The notes: generated by a model not told the origin, from the letters alone. Numbered from the stretch's first letter, positions 25,603 to 40,227 are shown. The stretch is 64,000 nucleotides of DNA from Batkoa obscura (GCA_030770535.1 JASVEC010000011.1:1116001-1180000); one strand, 5' to 3'. Numbers and translations: made by a program.

Positions 25603-28600
25603 TTAATTATTACCCTCATCCTCATCCTCATCTGGAAAAGTAACTATGTGTTCTTTAATTGGTAAAGCAGTTTCTCCCACTAATCCTGCAATATTATGCC
25701 CCAATAACTCCATATCCTCAAATAATCGTAGTAACCCTGCCACATACGTATAAAAATAGATATGATTAAATTCTTCATGTAGATTCTTCTGATAAAAGCC
25801 GAGAGTGGTATTTGACTCTAAACGAGACCCAGTAATGTCACTCCCAATTTCATTGTCATGCTCTAGCACTGATTGATGTAGCGGCAAACCATCGTGATTT
25901 TTCTTTTTAAACTTCTTCACTAAAGCAGATCTAATTTTCAATGTTAACTGATAATGTATAGCATGAATCGGAGGAGGGTAAGGGGGCAATGGTATTTTAG
26001 AACGTAGGGCTCCAGAGAGCACATAGAAATATAAGATGATTGAAGAGACCATAAATTTACGATAGGAATTGAATGGAAAGATCACCATTTTTTGAACATC
26101 TGGAGTGAGCTGAGATATGGCCCCAGTCATGGCAACAAGCTGGTCTAGAACATCTTGTAAAATATGAATCAGTTCTGAATAGACAGGAGCTTCAAAGGGA
26201 CCTTTAAGCCTAGGCTCATTCAAAGCAAATAAATGTAAATCTTTGGCTAAAAGTATACGTTTTTGTAACTTTCGATTAAACAGACTAATTTGAGATTGTA
26301 ATTTTTTCGATTCAGAAGTAGTATCAGAAGACATACATAATGTTGCTACTTTACCAAAACTCATACCCATATCAGCTAATAAAGAAGCAATTAATTTTCT
26401 CACCTCTCTTCTAGCCACGAATGGCCAAATGGTTGAGCTGACAGCCATGGACACGATTAATCCAGCTACAACGCTTGCCAAACGAAGAGAAGCAGTGATT
26501 AAAATATCGTTGTTTGAATCACGGTGATAGCCCGCAAATAAAATAGCCACATATGCAATCAACCCATTGAATCCAACTTTAGCATAACTTGTAATAACCA
26601 GACAATACCAGTTTGGAGCTAAATAAATCCAAATCATAACAATAAGTAAATAAATATTCTGTGTGTTGTCACTTGCTAAAAAGGTCAAATAACCCCAAAT
26701 TGCACCTATAATCGTACCGATCAAACGAGCTATACCCAGCTTTAAGGTGCCTCCAATGGTTTGATTCATAATTAACATGGCTGAAATAGCACCCCATATG
26801 CCCCGGATTGATATATAATACGGCGAAAACTTTGGTATATAAGCTGGAAACGTAAATAGACCTGTCACTAAAACTAATTTGAATGCAAATTTAACTTCAA
26901 AAGTATTCAGCAATTTCATTGTCTTCCACAGGTTAGATTGAATACTGGTAATTAATTTTTGAAATTTACTGGGCTCAGAATCACTTTTGAAACTATTTCC
27001 TGTATGATATTCTGGTTTAGACCAACATTGAGCTGGTAATGCTATAGGGTCATTTTTATTCTCTTGAACTTCGGTTTCTATTTTTTAATTAGTTAATTTT
27101 AGAGCAATAAAAATAACTGATTACCTCTCATGTTTTTTTCATATTTAGAATTAGCATCTTTAATGATATCATCGGTACTAGTTTCATTAGACTCATATTG
27201 TCTAGGATCTTCTGATGACCTATATCCCTTTAACCATTTTACCCACGTAATATTTGGTCTCCACAATCTTTTTTGTTTCGATAAAGTGGGGGGGCCAGAG
27301 TTTAAAAATCCAGATCGTTTACTTATATATGGTCTTAACGATAAAAAGATTTCTTCTTCTTTCAAAAAGTCGATAATGCATTTGGAAAACTCTCGAATAG
27401 AAAAGACGCCTGAAAACACAACAAGCATAGGTTCTGGAAAAGGGGAATGTAAATGAGGCGCAACCAACAATTCCTTATGAATTAGTTTAAGACACCTTCC
27501 TTCTGCAAGTTCAAATTCCAAAATTGCCTCCTTTAATTTTACAATCATATCTTTTAAATATTCCGGTCTACTATTCTTTTCGCCATGGACATTATGTGGA
27601 CATTCTTCTTCCGAAAACTCATTTAGAGCTTCACAATCACAATAATGCCTTGGTTTCTCTTCCTTTTCTGATTTTACTTCATTTTCATTAACCAATAGTT
27701 CTTTTGCTAATTCAATGGCTTCAGAGCACGCCTCACTCATTTTAACTAAAGGTGCACTTACGATATGTAGTATATCATGGATCAAATCCCTTGTCAATAC
27801 TGGATCAACCTCGGGTGGCATAGACATAATATCACCATCTAAATTACTCAAACTAAGAACAGATGGGGATGGCGATAATGAAAATGCTTTTAGCTCCGTG
27901 GTTGAGTTATCCCTTGTGGTTGCCGGGCTAATGTCCTCATTGTCTGTTTTCCTTAAGCTAAGTAGCTGTCTTTGCCTTTTAACAGCTAAATTAAGACCAC
28001 CCAAATGCTGCTGTAATAAAAGAGAAAGATTGATTAAAGCTTTATAATCCTCTGGAGGATGAATGGAGTAGGTGCACTCATATCTTGCTTCCCTACCAGC
28101 TTTAACTAGAGCAGAAACAGTAGTAATTAATCGTGAGTGAAGTTCTTCCAAATCATGAGGCATTATACTTAAAGTATCAGGCTTTAAAAGAAAACAGCTT
28201 GAAAGTAAGTTTAGATTTGAATGAAGCGACTCTAAAGTAAGATCAAGTGAATCCTTAAGATTACGAGAGGCTGATTCAGGCCATAAAACACCATTAACGA
28301 GGGTACTGACACCTGTACCCACAATCGATGGTAGTATAGCCAAACCAAAGGCGCCAAGCGTAAAAGCATCTACTCCAAATGGTACTTCAGTAAGACTAAT
28401 TAACATAACAATATTGTTTAAAGTGAGAGGTATGCTTAATTTTGGAAATTTAGTTTTAATATAACCAGATACAAACAAATAAGCATAAAGAAATAAGGCT
28501 AATATAAAGGACCCATCAAGTACCACATTACCTTCATTATCGCTAACTACGTAGCTCTTGTTGAATAAAACATAAAAACCAAATGCTATCATATAAACTA

Positions 28601-29485
28601 GGGCCCCTACTAAATAGCATACACATGTCAATAGTGCAGTTTCTAACTGTCCGCCTACAGTCCTACACGAGTCAAAAATAATGGTAGAAATAGTTGATAT
28701 ATAGACAACAGGACCTAAAGCTTCTCGAGCTGGAGTGATAATAACTAATAGATTAGTCAAAAAGAAAGCAATCGACGACTTTACAATTCTTTTAAATAGT
28801 ACTGAGTTTACTGAACGTCTTCCCTTTTTTAAAAATTGTAATATCCTTCTTATACACGTGTTTTCTGAGTCTAGTAATGGTGGAGGGTTGTCTTTATTTA
28901 ATAAATTTGCTATAGCTGGTAATGGCATTTCAAAATTTGTTGTTGCAGTTTGAGTGGTCATTTGGTTCATTTCTTTGTTATGTTGACCCATTTGTTGATT
29001 ACTAAGATTCTGCTCACTTGCTGTCGAAATTATTGTCATGGGCGTGCTATCAATAATACTACTAGGTGTTTTTGTAGGATAACTCTTTTCATTTTCTAAG
29101 GCAAATAAGTTTTGAGGTAAGGTTGTGCTAGGTTCAAGGTCCTTTTCTATATTTTTTAACTTTAATCCATAAGTATTATTAGTAGAAGCTTTTGGAAGCG
29201 CTTTTGAAGTTTCTCTAAAAATGAACAACTATAAGTCAAAGATCTTTAAAATCTTATATGATTCATTGAACACATGAATTGCTATTCTATCCATTTATCT
29301 TAGATTTGTTACCTTTCACTTTCTTTATCTGGAATACTACTATTTAAGATAGAATCTAAAGAAGTTTTTCGCGACCTAGAATTGTATGGTGAACCTGGTG
29401 ACGAATGGGGTATTGAATCAGCGCCAACTTTACTGGGTTTTAATCTTGAAAATGGCGAACTTGATATCGGGGATTCCTTACTCAT
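25603..29485 (-). CDS. large polytopic membrane protein with two ArAE/FUSC (ALMT-like) modules, 3 exons
   Basis: ORFs 29309-29506, 27099-29228 and 25603-26919 joined by short introns. Two TM bundles ending in VNGVLWPESAS and VSSTIWPFVARREVR; FAFKL...TIGGT...RLIGTIIGA, EPRLKGPF and ALRSKIPLPPY motifs. Confidence 0.8.
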
Positions 29486-29784
29486 CAAAACAAATATAAA
29501 AATCAAAAAAGATCATTTTTGACTATTGCTTATAATTTATTATCAATTCTTCTTAAGTTTAAGCCGTTCTATAAAGGGAAATAAAATAATTAAATGATAC
29601 TTTTAATTTTTAGGTTAAGTGATAACAGAGATAAATGAGTAAACATTTGAAGGAGAAAGAAGAATTTTGACTTCAAATTCATTTTGTATTTGTTATTTTA
29701 AGGTTTTTGTGTTTATAGAAGACACATTGTTAAAAACAAGATTTTTAATTTAATGAACAATTTAATTTAGTTTGAAAAAGGTAT

Positions 29785-30223
29785 GGGGATGTGTTTTTTT
29801 TGTTTAATAAATTTACTAATAATTTTTCCTCTCAAATTGCACTTAAAAAACGGAAAAAGTGATAAAACCAAAAAAAACATTCTTATATATAAAACAGTTT
29901 ATAAAAAAAGCAACTATTAAAATATTAAGCTTAATAATATATTGATTTTTATTAAACATTATATAAGGGTGTTTTTTTAGCTTTATCACCTTTTCCATCT
30001 TTTAACTAATATTTAAGCAGAAAAATTGTTAGTAAAATTCTTAAACAAAAATACATCCTTATACTATAAAAAAGATTAAAAAGTTTGCAAAATTAAGTAA
30101 TTTTTTTATATGAATTAAATATATGAGGATTTTTTTTTTGGTTTCATCGCTTTTTCCATTTTTTAAGCGCTATTTGAGCGGAAAGATAGTTAGTAAAATT
30201 CTTAAATACAAAAATACATCCCC
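29785..30223. mobile_element. cluster of three family A MITEs (29785-29884 +, ~29965-30060 -, 30125-30223 -)
   Basis: Each matches the ~100-bp consensus; the third has ATAT/ATAT TSD. Confidence 0.8.
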
Positions 30224-30601
30224 ATATATAAAAATGCTTTTAAAGTTTTAATTTAATTTAATCAGCTGTTTTTAAATAATAAATATAATTATATAAAGTT
30301 TTTTTGAAAATACTGATAATTTTAAAACTAGATTTAAATAAAATATTATTAATTAACTAAGTTTCCAGCTTCCAGATTATTTAAATGAAATTTTATATCA
30401 TAAATGCGATAAAAATTAGTTAATAATATTTTTAAAATACTTTTTGTGCATTTTAACTTTTTAAAATTAATTATAAGCAAATGTTAAAGTTTTTTGAAAA
30501 TAATAACAAAATATTTTATGCTTGAATTCTATTAATAGTAAAAAACATATTTAACTATATATTTATAAATTATAAAAATAATTTTAAATCACTTAACATA
30601 T

Positions 30602-30730
30602 GGTGGTGTCCGAGTTGGTTTTAGAATTTAATTAAGCATTAATCCAAATTTTGTTTTTAAATTTGTAAGTCCTTAATATATGATTAGTTAACTTCAAAAA
30701 ACTTATTTTAATTGTTTTATTTTTTTTAAA
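30602..30730 (+). mobile_element. family B 5' terminal fragment
   Basis: ggtggtgtccgagttggttttagaattta...tttgtaagtccttaat matches 44220-44320. Confidence 0.65.
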
Positions 30731-30751
30731 TAATTAAAAAATTAATCATAT

Positions 30752-31024
30752 GGGGATGTTTTTTTTGACTTCATCACTTTTTCCATCTTTTAAGCGCTAT
30801 TTGAGCGGAAAGATTGCTAGTAGAATTCTTAAGTATAAAAAAACATCCCCATACTAATTAACCAATTAATCAATTAATTTCAAAATTTGAGATTTTTATT
30901 TATAAAAATTAAAAAAGCTTTATGTGGGGATGTATTTTTGTGTTTAAGAATTCTACTAGCAATCTTTCCGCTCAAATAGCGCTTAAAAGATGGAAAAAGT
31001 GATGAAGCCAAAAAAAACACCCCC
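30752..31024. mobile_element. two family A MITEs in inverted orientation (30752-30850 -, 30926-31024 +)
   Basis: Highly similar copies 75 bp apart; TSDs ATAT/ATAC and ATGT/ATGT. Confidence 0.85.
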
Positions 31025-31040
31025 ATGTATAAGATCTTTT

Positions 31041-31502
31041 TGTGAAATATTGCTTTATTTAGCTCTCGGATTGATTATAACGCAACAATCACTTAAGTTG
31101 CTGTGTTCTCAAGTTCAAATACAATCAAATCAGAGTCCCTTATTTTGATTTGCTGCGAGAATTTATAACTTCATATTGTAAAGAATATTATCTTCTTTTA
31201 ATATCCATACTTATTAGAGTATAAAAGAGATTCCTCAATATGATAACTCGAGGCTTTTTAATTGGATTACTCCCTGATAACGTATTATTAATAAAGCCAC
31301 TAAGTCTTTCTGACAACATCTTACATAGATTTTACAGTAGTATCTTCTATTCTATTTGTTTTACATAGTTCGTAACTTATTACGTATTATTCCTATTCAT
31401 TTAAGTCTATCTTAGTTACATAAACTAAGACCGTTCGACTCAAGGCAAGTTAATCAAGCAAGAACTGTTTTTAACTCCTACCACTGAGTACCAACTTTCA
31501 CA
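31041..31502 (+). mobile_element. solo LTR (family C)
   Basis: TGTGAAA...TTTCACA, 462 bp, TTTT on both flanks, TATAAAAG and AATAAA inside. Confidence 0.78.
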
Positions 31503-32395
31503 TTTTTAATAACTTTATTTAAATTTTAATACATAATTTTATTTATAATATTAATATTTGTATTAATGAATTTAGTCATAACTTGCTAGCTTCTAAGTTT
31601 TTTTGAATTTACTAGTATTTTTAATATTAATTTTTAAAAAAAATATATCCCCATATATTATATATTAAATAAAAAATTAAATTAAATTAAATCATTGCAA
31701 TTATTATTTTATAAATAATACTTTAAATATTAATAAAATATAACATGCTTTTTATTTAAAAAAATTTTAAAAGAAAAAGCATTATTTGCATAATTTTTAA
31801 TAAGTTATTATAAACCTATATAATAAAGTATAATTTTAAAATTAATAAAAATATTTTAATATTAAAGTTTTGTAAAAAACAATTATTAATAAAAAAACTT
31901 AATAATCAGTATTTAAAATCAAATTTTATTATACTTTATATATATATTATATATATATATTATATTGCTTATTTTTTTGCACTATTATAAATACTGAGCT
32001 GGATCATATATATACAAAATCTAAAAAAATTGCTTATTTTTTATATAAATTTTATATATGAAGATCCAAAAAATTGTTTATTAAAGTTTTAACTTAATTA
32101 AATCAGTTCTTTTTTATACATAAAAGCAGTTATACAGAGGGGTTCTATAAAAATGCTAACAAAAATATAAACTAAATTTATAAAAGTTTTATTATATAAA
32201 AAAAATACTAAAAATATTAAAATTAAAAATAAAAAGAGTGTAGAGATTAAAGCTATAAAAAATTAATTAAAGATAGCTTTTTAAAAATAAAATAAAAATA
32301 AAAATATTTACTTTATATTATAAAAATTATAAAAATTATAAAAATTAAAGCTATCATAAATTAATCGAGATATAGCACATGGTAAAAAACTACAT

Positions 32396-33990
32396 GGGGA
32401 TGTCTGAATTGGTTTTATTTTTTTATCCAATTTTCGAATATTTTATATTTTAAAAACTTTGCTTAAAACTCTATAAAAATAAATTCTTTATTAAAAACCA
32501 AAAGTACCTAACACAATTTTAAATTATTTTGTTATAATTTATATTGTAAATTAGCAGAATTTCTACTAAATTTAATAAAAGTTCCCGAATTAGCAAGACT
32601 TTTATTAATATGAGGATGTTTTTTTTGGTTTCATTATTTTTTCCATTTTTTAGGCGCTATTTGAGCGGAAAAATTGTTAGTGAAATTCTTAAATAGAAAA
32701 ATACACCCTCATATAACCTATATATTAACATTAATCAAAGTTGTATTGTGTAAATAAATACATATTCCTATAAAACTTCATTGAGAAATATTTATTATTG
32801 ACTACTTTATAGCCAATATTACAGATTGATTTCCTATCAAACGAATAAATAATCTTAATACTATAATTATACTATTAATATATTACTAAGTCAATAAATA
32901 GCTGCATGGGATGGAGTGGTTAGCCCTAAAACTATAATTAACCATCTCTATGTAATACAAATAGTATAATAATAGTTTTTATTTATTATTACAACTACTT
33001 GCTCTTTGGCTATTTATTAACTTAGCTATTAATAATTTAAATAACATCAACATTTAATAATTGATTTCTATCATCTAATAAGCTACTTTGCTTGCTTAAT
33101 AAATATTGAAGCTTTTAAACTTCCTGCTATTTTCCCGCTTAAACAGCGCTTAAAAGATAGAAAAGAATAATGAAACCAAAAAAACATCCTCATACTTATT
33201 TTGCTATTGTCAACAGTTGTTATTGATTTCATTATGTTTATAAATAAAAATCTCAAATTTTGAAATTAATTAATTAATTGATTAATCAATATTTTCTATT
33301 TTACCTAATACTTCAAAACTATTTTTTAAGCGCTATTTGAGTGGAAAAATTGTTAGCAAAATCCTTAAACAAAAAAGTGCATCCCTATTATAACCCTTTT
33401 TCTTTATTAAAAGATTCTTGTATCTCTGTTTTTATTTTTTATTGCTGTATTTTTAAAATTACCTGTGATATATATTTAAAAATGTTGAGCTTAGCTACTA
33501 TTTTATTTTTTGAATTATTAAATATTGTATAATAATTTAATTTGCTCATCTTTAATTTTTTTTGTACTTTTAATAGTAGGTTGTAATATTGGTGTTTTAT
33601 TATCATTACTTATTTTGAATAATCATATTGATTTCTACTCCATATTAAATCCAAAACTTTTACATGCATCAAAAAAATATACTAAAGCTATAATTGATAA
33701 TAATACTTATTGATTTTTGTTTCCTGTTTCCTGTTTCGTTTAAAGCATTGATTTTATACATTGCTTGATTAAGTTTATTGTCATCAATAGTAAACTTTAA
33801 TAACTTTTCTTTTTTTTTGTTTATTATAAAATTTCATAAACCCTAGGTTATTATAAATAATTGTTAAAATTGATGTAAATGAATTACAATATTTATATAA
33901 TGTGCTTCTCCCTATTGTATTAAAATTTTCAAAAATTCCATTTCAAAGTCTAATTATAAAAACTTGCATTTTATCTTTATTTTAAAATTA
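32396..33990 (-). mobile_element. family B transposon, internally deleted copy
   Basis: Starts with TIR ggggatgtctgaattggtttt. Blocks colinear with copy 1 up to the transposase start region (~33969). Two deletions end inside half-MITEs (33131-33191, 33324-33386). Confidence 0.8.
32612..32710 (-). mobile_element. MITE family A
   Basis: TSD ATAT/ATAT; empty site ctaatataac at ~19511. Confidence 0.85.
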
Positions 33991-34415
33991 ATAACAGATT
34001 ATATAACAATAATAATAAAAAATAATATAAATATAATATTTTTCATAAATGTTAATAAAATTAGCTAATACTGTTTTCCTAAGTTTTTGCATTTAGCTAT
34101 TTAAAGTTATTAAAAAGTTATAATTAAAAAAGGCCTAAAAGCTGCAAAAAAAGAATAAAAGCTAATTGTTTTAAAAACAACTGAAAAAGTATTTAAAAAT
34201 TTCAAAAAATATATAACTGTTTAGGAAACTAAAAATATTATATAAAAAACTGACTATTATAAAAAAACATATGGGGGTGTCCGAATTGGGTTCATTTTTT
34301 TATCCAATTTTTAAATTATTTTATTATAATTTATATTGTAAGTTAGCGGAATTTCTATCAAATTTAATATAAATTCCTGAATTAGCAAGGCTTTTACCAA
34401 TATAGCCTATATGAT

Positions 34416-34880
34416 TGTGAAATATTGCTTTATTTAGCTCTCGGATTGATTATAACACAACAATCACTTAAGTTGCTGCGTTCTCAAGTTCAAACACAAT
34501 CAAATCAGAGTCTCTTATTTTGATTTGCTACGAGAATTTCTAACTTCACATTGCAAAGAATATTATCTTCTCGTTTTGATATCCATACTTATTAGAGTAT
34601 AAAAGAGATTCCTCAATATGATAACTCGAGGCTTTTTAATTGGATTACTCCCTGATAACGTATTATTAATAAAGTCACTAAGTCTTTCTGACAACTTCTT
34701 ACGTAGATTTTATAGTAGTATTGTCTATTCTATTTATTTTACATAATTCGTAGCCTATTGCATACTATTCTTATTAAGTTAAGTCTATCTTAGTTACATA
34801 AACTAAGACCGTTCGACTCAAGGCAAGTTAATTAAGCAAGAGTAGCTTTTAACTTCGACCACTAAGTATCAACTTTCACA
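34416..34880 (+). mobile_element. solo LTR (family C) inserted at the end of a MITE inside transposon B
   Basis: TGTGAAA...TTTCACA; flanks ATGAT/ATGAA. Confidence 0.78.
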
Positions 34881-34882
34881 AT

Positions 34883-34985
34883 GAAGGTAAGGTACTTTTT
34901 GGTTTCATTATTTTTTCCATTTTTTTAAGCGCTATTTGAGTGGAAAGGTTGTTAGTAAAATTCTTAAACAAAAAAATACATCCCC
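34883..34985 (-). mobile_element. MITE family A, left end disrupted by a solo LTR
   Basis: ggtttcatt...taagcgctatttgag...aatacatcccc|atat. Confidence 0.78.
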
Positions 34986-37107
34986 ATATAGTGATAGTAA
35001 TTAAAGTTGTAATATGTAAATAAATATATACTTTTATAAACTTTATTAAGAAATATTTATTATTGACTACTTTATAGCCAATATTACAGATTGATTTCCT
35101 ATCAAATAAATAAACTATTTTAATGTTATAATTACACTGTTAATATATCACTAAGTTAATAAATAGCTGCATGGGAGGAAGTGATTAGCCCTAAAACTAT
35201 AATTAATCATCCCTATATAATACAACCAATATAATAATAGTTTTTATTTATTATTACAACTACTTGCTCTTTGGCTATTTATTAACTTAGCTATCAATAA
35301 TTTAAATAATATCAACATTTAATAATTGATTTCTATTATTTAATAAATTATTTGCTTGGTTAGTAAATATTGAAGCTTTTAAATTTTCAGTTATTTTTGT
35401 AAGATAAGCTGGGGTTGATCTTTTAATTTTTCTATTTTCTATAGACTCTATAACTTTAATTGGAATTAGATCACTTCTTTTTGATCTATCAGATACTGGA
35501 TAGCAATGTAGTTTATTATCACGTTTAATAAAGTGTAAATACTTTTTAATACCTTGTATTTCTATTATTTTTTTGTATCTTTGTTTCTTTCATACTTTTT
35601 AAAAATTATATTTGTTTTCCCATTATTGACAGTTGAGTTATTAATTCTATTTTATGTTCACAAATAAAAATCTCAAATTTTGAAATTAATTGATCAATAT
35701 CTTCTATTTTACCTAATGCTTCAAAACTATTTTTCCATTGTGAAAGATTTCCAAAATGTCCGTCAACTAACTATACTTTTTCCATGATGCTCAGCAAAAA
35801 AATTAAGATCAATATTTAAACTACTATTTATTTTATAAATTTCTTCAAATACATAATGTAAAAACTCTTGAGATTTAAAATGATATCCTGTATCTATTTA
35901 TATATTAATTTTTGCAAACTTTTTAAACAAAGGCTCTTTAGATATTAAATCAATTAAATAATCTCCTGCATATGCTGGCTGAATCATGATTTAATATTTC
36001 AGATAAATAATCAAAATAAACTTTGCCTATTGTTTTATCGTTTTTTAAATACAAAACGCCAAACCCTAATACTGATATAGCTTGTTTGTTATAATGATCT
36101 AAATTTGTTGGATTCTGGTTTTGTTCCTATTTCCATATTTTGTTTAAAGTCTAAAATTATTATACAACTTTTATTATTTAATTTTTCAATAGTTTCATTA
36201 AGTATGTTTTTTTGAGTATCAACACAAAATTCATGTAATTTATATAACCTTTTTTCTTTATTGAAAGATTCTTCTATCTCTGCTTTATTTTTTGTCACTG
36301 TATTGTATTTATTTCATTTTCAAGTAACTTTTTTCTAACTGTATACTGGGCACATATATTACATAAATCTGTTTTTCTTGCTGTATTTTTAAAATTATTT
36401 GGGTATATATTTGAAAAATGTTGACCTAGCTATTGCTTTATCTTTTAAATCATTAAAATATTTACTATATATCATTCTTCTACTTTTATTTAATATATAT
36501 ATATTATCTGGTGAATATTTATTATCATTATTTTTATTTTTATTTTTATTACTATTATTATTATTATCAAATCTTGATGAAATAGTTGAATTATCAAGTA
36601 AATATTGTATAATAATCTCGATTTGCTCATCTTTTATTTTTTGTATTAATAATAGGTTGTAATATTGGTATTTTATTATTAATAATTATTTTTGAATAAT
36701 CATATTGATTTCTACTTATATTAAATCCAAAACTTTTACATGCATCAAAAAAATATACTGAAGCTATAGTCGATATAATGCTACTTGTTGGTTTTTATTT
36801 CCTGTTTCCCTTAAAGCACTAATTTTATACATTGCTTGATTAAGTCTGTTATTATTAATAATAAACTTTAATGACATTTCTTTTCCTTTTTTTGTTTTAT
36901 TATAAAATTCTATAAACTCTGGGTTATTGTGAATAGTTGTTAAAATTGATGTAAATGAATTACAATATTTATATAATGTACTTCTCCCTATTGTATTAAA
37001 ATTTTCAAAAATCCCATTTCAAAGTTTATTTATAAAAGCCTTTGGATTTTGTTTTTATTTTAATAAAAAACAAAGTCAAATAATTTATATAATTGTATAT
37101 TGTATAT

Positions 37108-37205
37108 GGGGATGTATTTTTTTGTTTAAGAATTTTACTAATAATTTTTCCGCTCAAATAGCGCTTAAAAAATGGAAAAAATAATGAAACCAAAAAAACA
37201 TCTTC
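37108..37205 (+). mobile_element. MITE family A
   Basis: Full length, TSD ATAT/ATAT; absent at the equivalent site in copy 2 (~44800). Confidence 0.85.
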
Positions 37206-37243
37206 ATATCTGTTGTGAACATTTAATAAAAAAATAAAAACAC

Positions 37244-37602
37244 TGAAACATCGTTTCATCAGTTGTATGATTGATTGTCGCATAATAATCACTTAACCTG
37301 TTTACAAAACTAGTTGGAGTATAAAATAGATTTTTCAACAAAATAGCTCGAGGCTTTTTAATCGAATTGTTCCCTAATACTGTACTTTTAATAAAGCCAG
37401 TAAGTCTTATAGTATTTTACGCAAATTTTACAGTGGTATCTTCCATTCTATTTATTTTATGTAGTTCGTAGCTTATTGCGCACTATTCCTATTAATTTAA
37501 GTCTATCTTAGCTACACAAACTAAGGCCTTTTGACTTATGGCCAATTAATTAAGCTAGAACGAACTGCTTTTAACTCCAACCACTGAGTACCAACTTTCA
37601 CA
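37244..37602 (+). mobile_element. solo LTR (family C, short variant)
   Basis: Same host position as 44399-44764; ends accaactttcaca. Confidence 0.72.
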
Positions 37603-37786
37603 AATATATAATTAAAAAAATAAAATAAATAAAACAATTCTTTGAAGTTAAATTTTTATATTTAATTTTAAGCTTTTTATAAATTTTAGCTAATCAAATT
37701 ATACATTAAAGACTTACAAATTCAAAAACTTAAAATTAATCCAAATTTTAGTTAAATTCTGAAACCAATTCGGACACCCCCCATTA

Positions 37787-38105
37787 GTGATCTTTTGGCT
37801 TCATCACTTTTTCCACTTTTCAAAAGCAACTTTCCAGTAGAACAACTGTTAGTAAAATTTTTAAACAAAAAAATACATCCCTATATTTTTAATTTTATTT
37901 AAATTAAAATAAAACTTTGTATTTTTTTAATATTTATATATATGTTTAACTCTTTATAATATCGATTTTATTAAAAAATAATTATAAATATCCCTGCTTA
38001 ATATATAAAAGATGTATTTTTTCAAAATTTTATTAACAAATTCTCTGCTTAAATAGTGCTTAAAAAACAAAGTAAAAATGATAAAGCCGAAAAAAACCAT
38101 CCCCC
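37787..38105. mobile_element. two decayed family A MITEs (~37787-37882 -, ~38008-38105 +)
   Basis: ggcttcatcactttttcc...aatacatccc, and gatgtatttt...aaatagtgcttaaaa...catccccc. Confidence 0.7.
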
Positions 38106-39944
38106 TTATATATATATATTTTTTTTTTTAATTTGTTTATTATTGACTTTTTATTTAATATTATGTTGATTAATATTTTAGCTAATAATAATGCTTTTTA
38201 CTTTACAGATTTTTAATTTTGTTATCGTTATATATTTGTATTTTTAATTTTTTTAAAATAGTTTGGGTTTATAATAGTAATATTAATATTAAATTTTGGA
38301 TATAATTTTGTAATTATACAGATAAAATATGCTGGTTGGGATTTATACAACAGTTTTTAAAAATCAAATAAGCATTTAAAAAATTAGTGTCAGAGTATGA
38401 AATTTTTAAATTCAGTGAAATGCATATATTTAAAAGCCTTATACTTAAGAAATTATAAAAAAACATAAAAAAAATCAATATTTTATTTGAATTAAAACAT
38501 AGCTAGAATTTAATTACCGAGCTTTATTGATTTTCAGCCAAAAAATGCTAGATTTTTAAATTTGTGCTAATTTAAAATTATAAATGTTTTATAATTTATC
38601 AAAATTATTTTTATTAGTTTTTAAGTTTGTTAAGTTTTTATTACTAAAACAATTATTTTCTGAACTGTTTATATATTTTTATTTATTTTATGCTTTTTAC
38701 TACTCCTTTTAATTTTAAAAATTGTTTTTTGATTGTGTAATAAAGCTTTTTATAACTTTATTGGAAACTTATTAGCTTTTGTTTTTAGGAAAAAACTTGC
38801 TAAAATGAAAAAAAAACAAATAACAAAAGATAGATAGCTTTAAAAATTATCACAAACTAGGTTAAAATAAAGTTGCATGAGTCTATCTATATAATCCATA
38901 GCTATAAATTTATTTACAACAGTTAAATTTCAATTATATAATTAACAACTATTTATTTTAAAATAAAAAATTAAGAAAAAAATGTAAACTAGTATAAAAA
39001 GCTATAAATTTGCAATAGTTTTAAATTTTATAAAAGTATTTTTAGTCAAAATTATTCAGGCTTTAAAGTTAGATATTTTTCAAAATAGCGTAAATAAATT
39101 TATTTTTATAAAAATTTAAAATTAGTAAAATCAAACTTTTTACTAGAATAAAAGTTGGTTAGTTTTAGCTTGTTTAATATTAAAAATATTAAATAAAACA
39201 TTTTTTTAGCTATATAATTACTGCATTAGCTTGTATATATTTATTATTATTATGAATATAATATAAAAACAGGAATAGTCAACGGTTGCTAAATTAACTT
39301 TACAGCAATAATTATTAATATTATCATAAAATAAAGTACTATAATAGTATTTTAATTAGTAAAAAGAAAAGCAAAAATAATACATGAGTGTTATATTTTT
39401 TATAATGTTATAATTGAGCTTGTTTATTTTGATAGTAAAATGCAAGAAACATAACAAAATATTACATACTAGTAGGTAAATTCATTAAAGAACAAAGCAC
39501 TTATATTATTAGCTGTCTTATAGTATTTAATTAGTTAAAATAAAAGCAAAGCTCGAAACAGTGGTGTTAAATATAAAAAGTATTTGGGTTTTAATTTATT
39601 ACAAGTGTTTATATATTGATTGTTGAACCAGATAATTAAAAATTAATCAATATAAATTAAGCTATTATTTTTGAAACTTGTATTGCTAAATTAATTATGA
39701 AGTCGATTTATAGAAATTACCATTTGTACTTTCTAAAACTTAAAAAATAGCTATAATATTTATTATACTTTTTAGCCTGGTTAAGAACTTTTAACTATAG
39801 TTGTTTGCAAATTAAAAAGCTAGCTTTTTTAAAAAGAGAGCCCCTGTTTTAAATTTTTTATTATACTCTTTATTTTAATAAAAACTTGTTTATATTATTT
39901 AAAAATATTATTGTTGTATTATAATATAATCTTAAATTAATAAA

Positions 39945-40149
39945 CAGGACATGAGCAACGATCACGTTTTTTACTAATAACCACTTAATTTATAAATAAT
40001 AAATTAAGTAAACCTCACACAACTGAAATTTTAATTTAACATTGAATGATCTACCAATGGTTCATTATTTATTTGTTCTCTATTAAAGCATTATTCTTTA
40101 TAACTTGAATAATTATCAATAAAAAACGTGATTATTGATACATGTACTG
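39945..40149. mobile_element. putative second MITE type with ~35-40 bp imperfect TIRs
   Basis: caggacatgagcaacgatcacgttttttactaataa versus the reverse complement of the right end, cagtacatgtatcaataatcacgttttttattgataa. Confidence 0.55.
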
Positions 40150-40227
40150 CTTATTTATTAGCTTAAAGGTCAAGTTATTTTAAAAAGTATCCATAAACTT
40201 ACTAAAAGTATCTAAAAAACAAGAATT

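Larger units (their letters stand above)
34273..37782 (-). mobile_element. family B transposon copy 1, inverted relative to copy 2, with nested solo LTRs and MITEs
   Basis: Same TIRs at 34273 and 37782. Core is the reverse complement of 44911-46898 (ORFs 36089-36298 and 45603-45812 are identical). Left flank ATAT; right flank ATTA abuts a truncated MITE. Confidence 0.85.

Noticed and set aside
16506..28953. Overlapping ORFs inside the KH, epimerase, WD40 and ArAE-like genes
   Set aside because: Antisense or off-frame shadows of well-supported genes, with no motifs.
36399..36662. Hydrophobic 87-aa ORF (also 45239-45502 and 33525-33713) as a membrane protein
   Set aside because: Antisense shadow of the Asn/Lys-rich transposase frame.
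37026..37292. Short ORFs 37026-37292, 41504-41725, 33341-33532 and 20209-20409
   Set aside because: They run through MITE, LTR or transposon sequence; chance frames.
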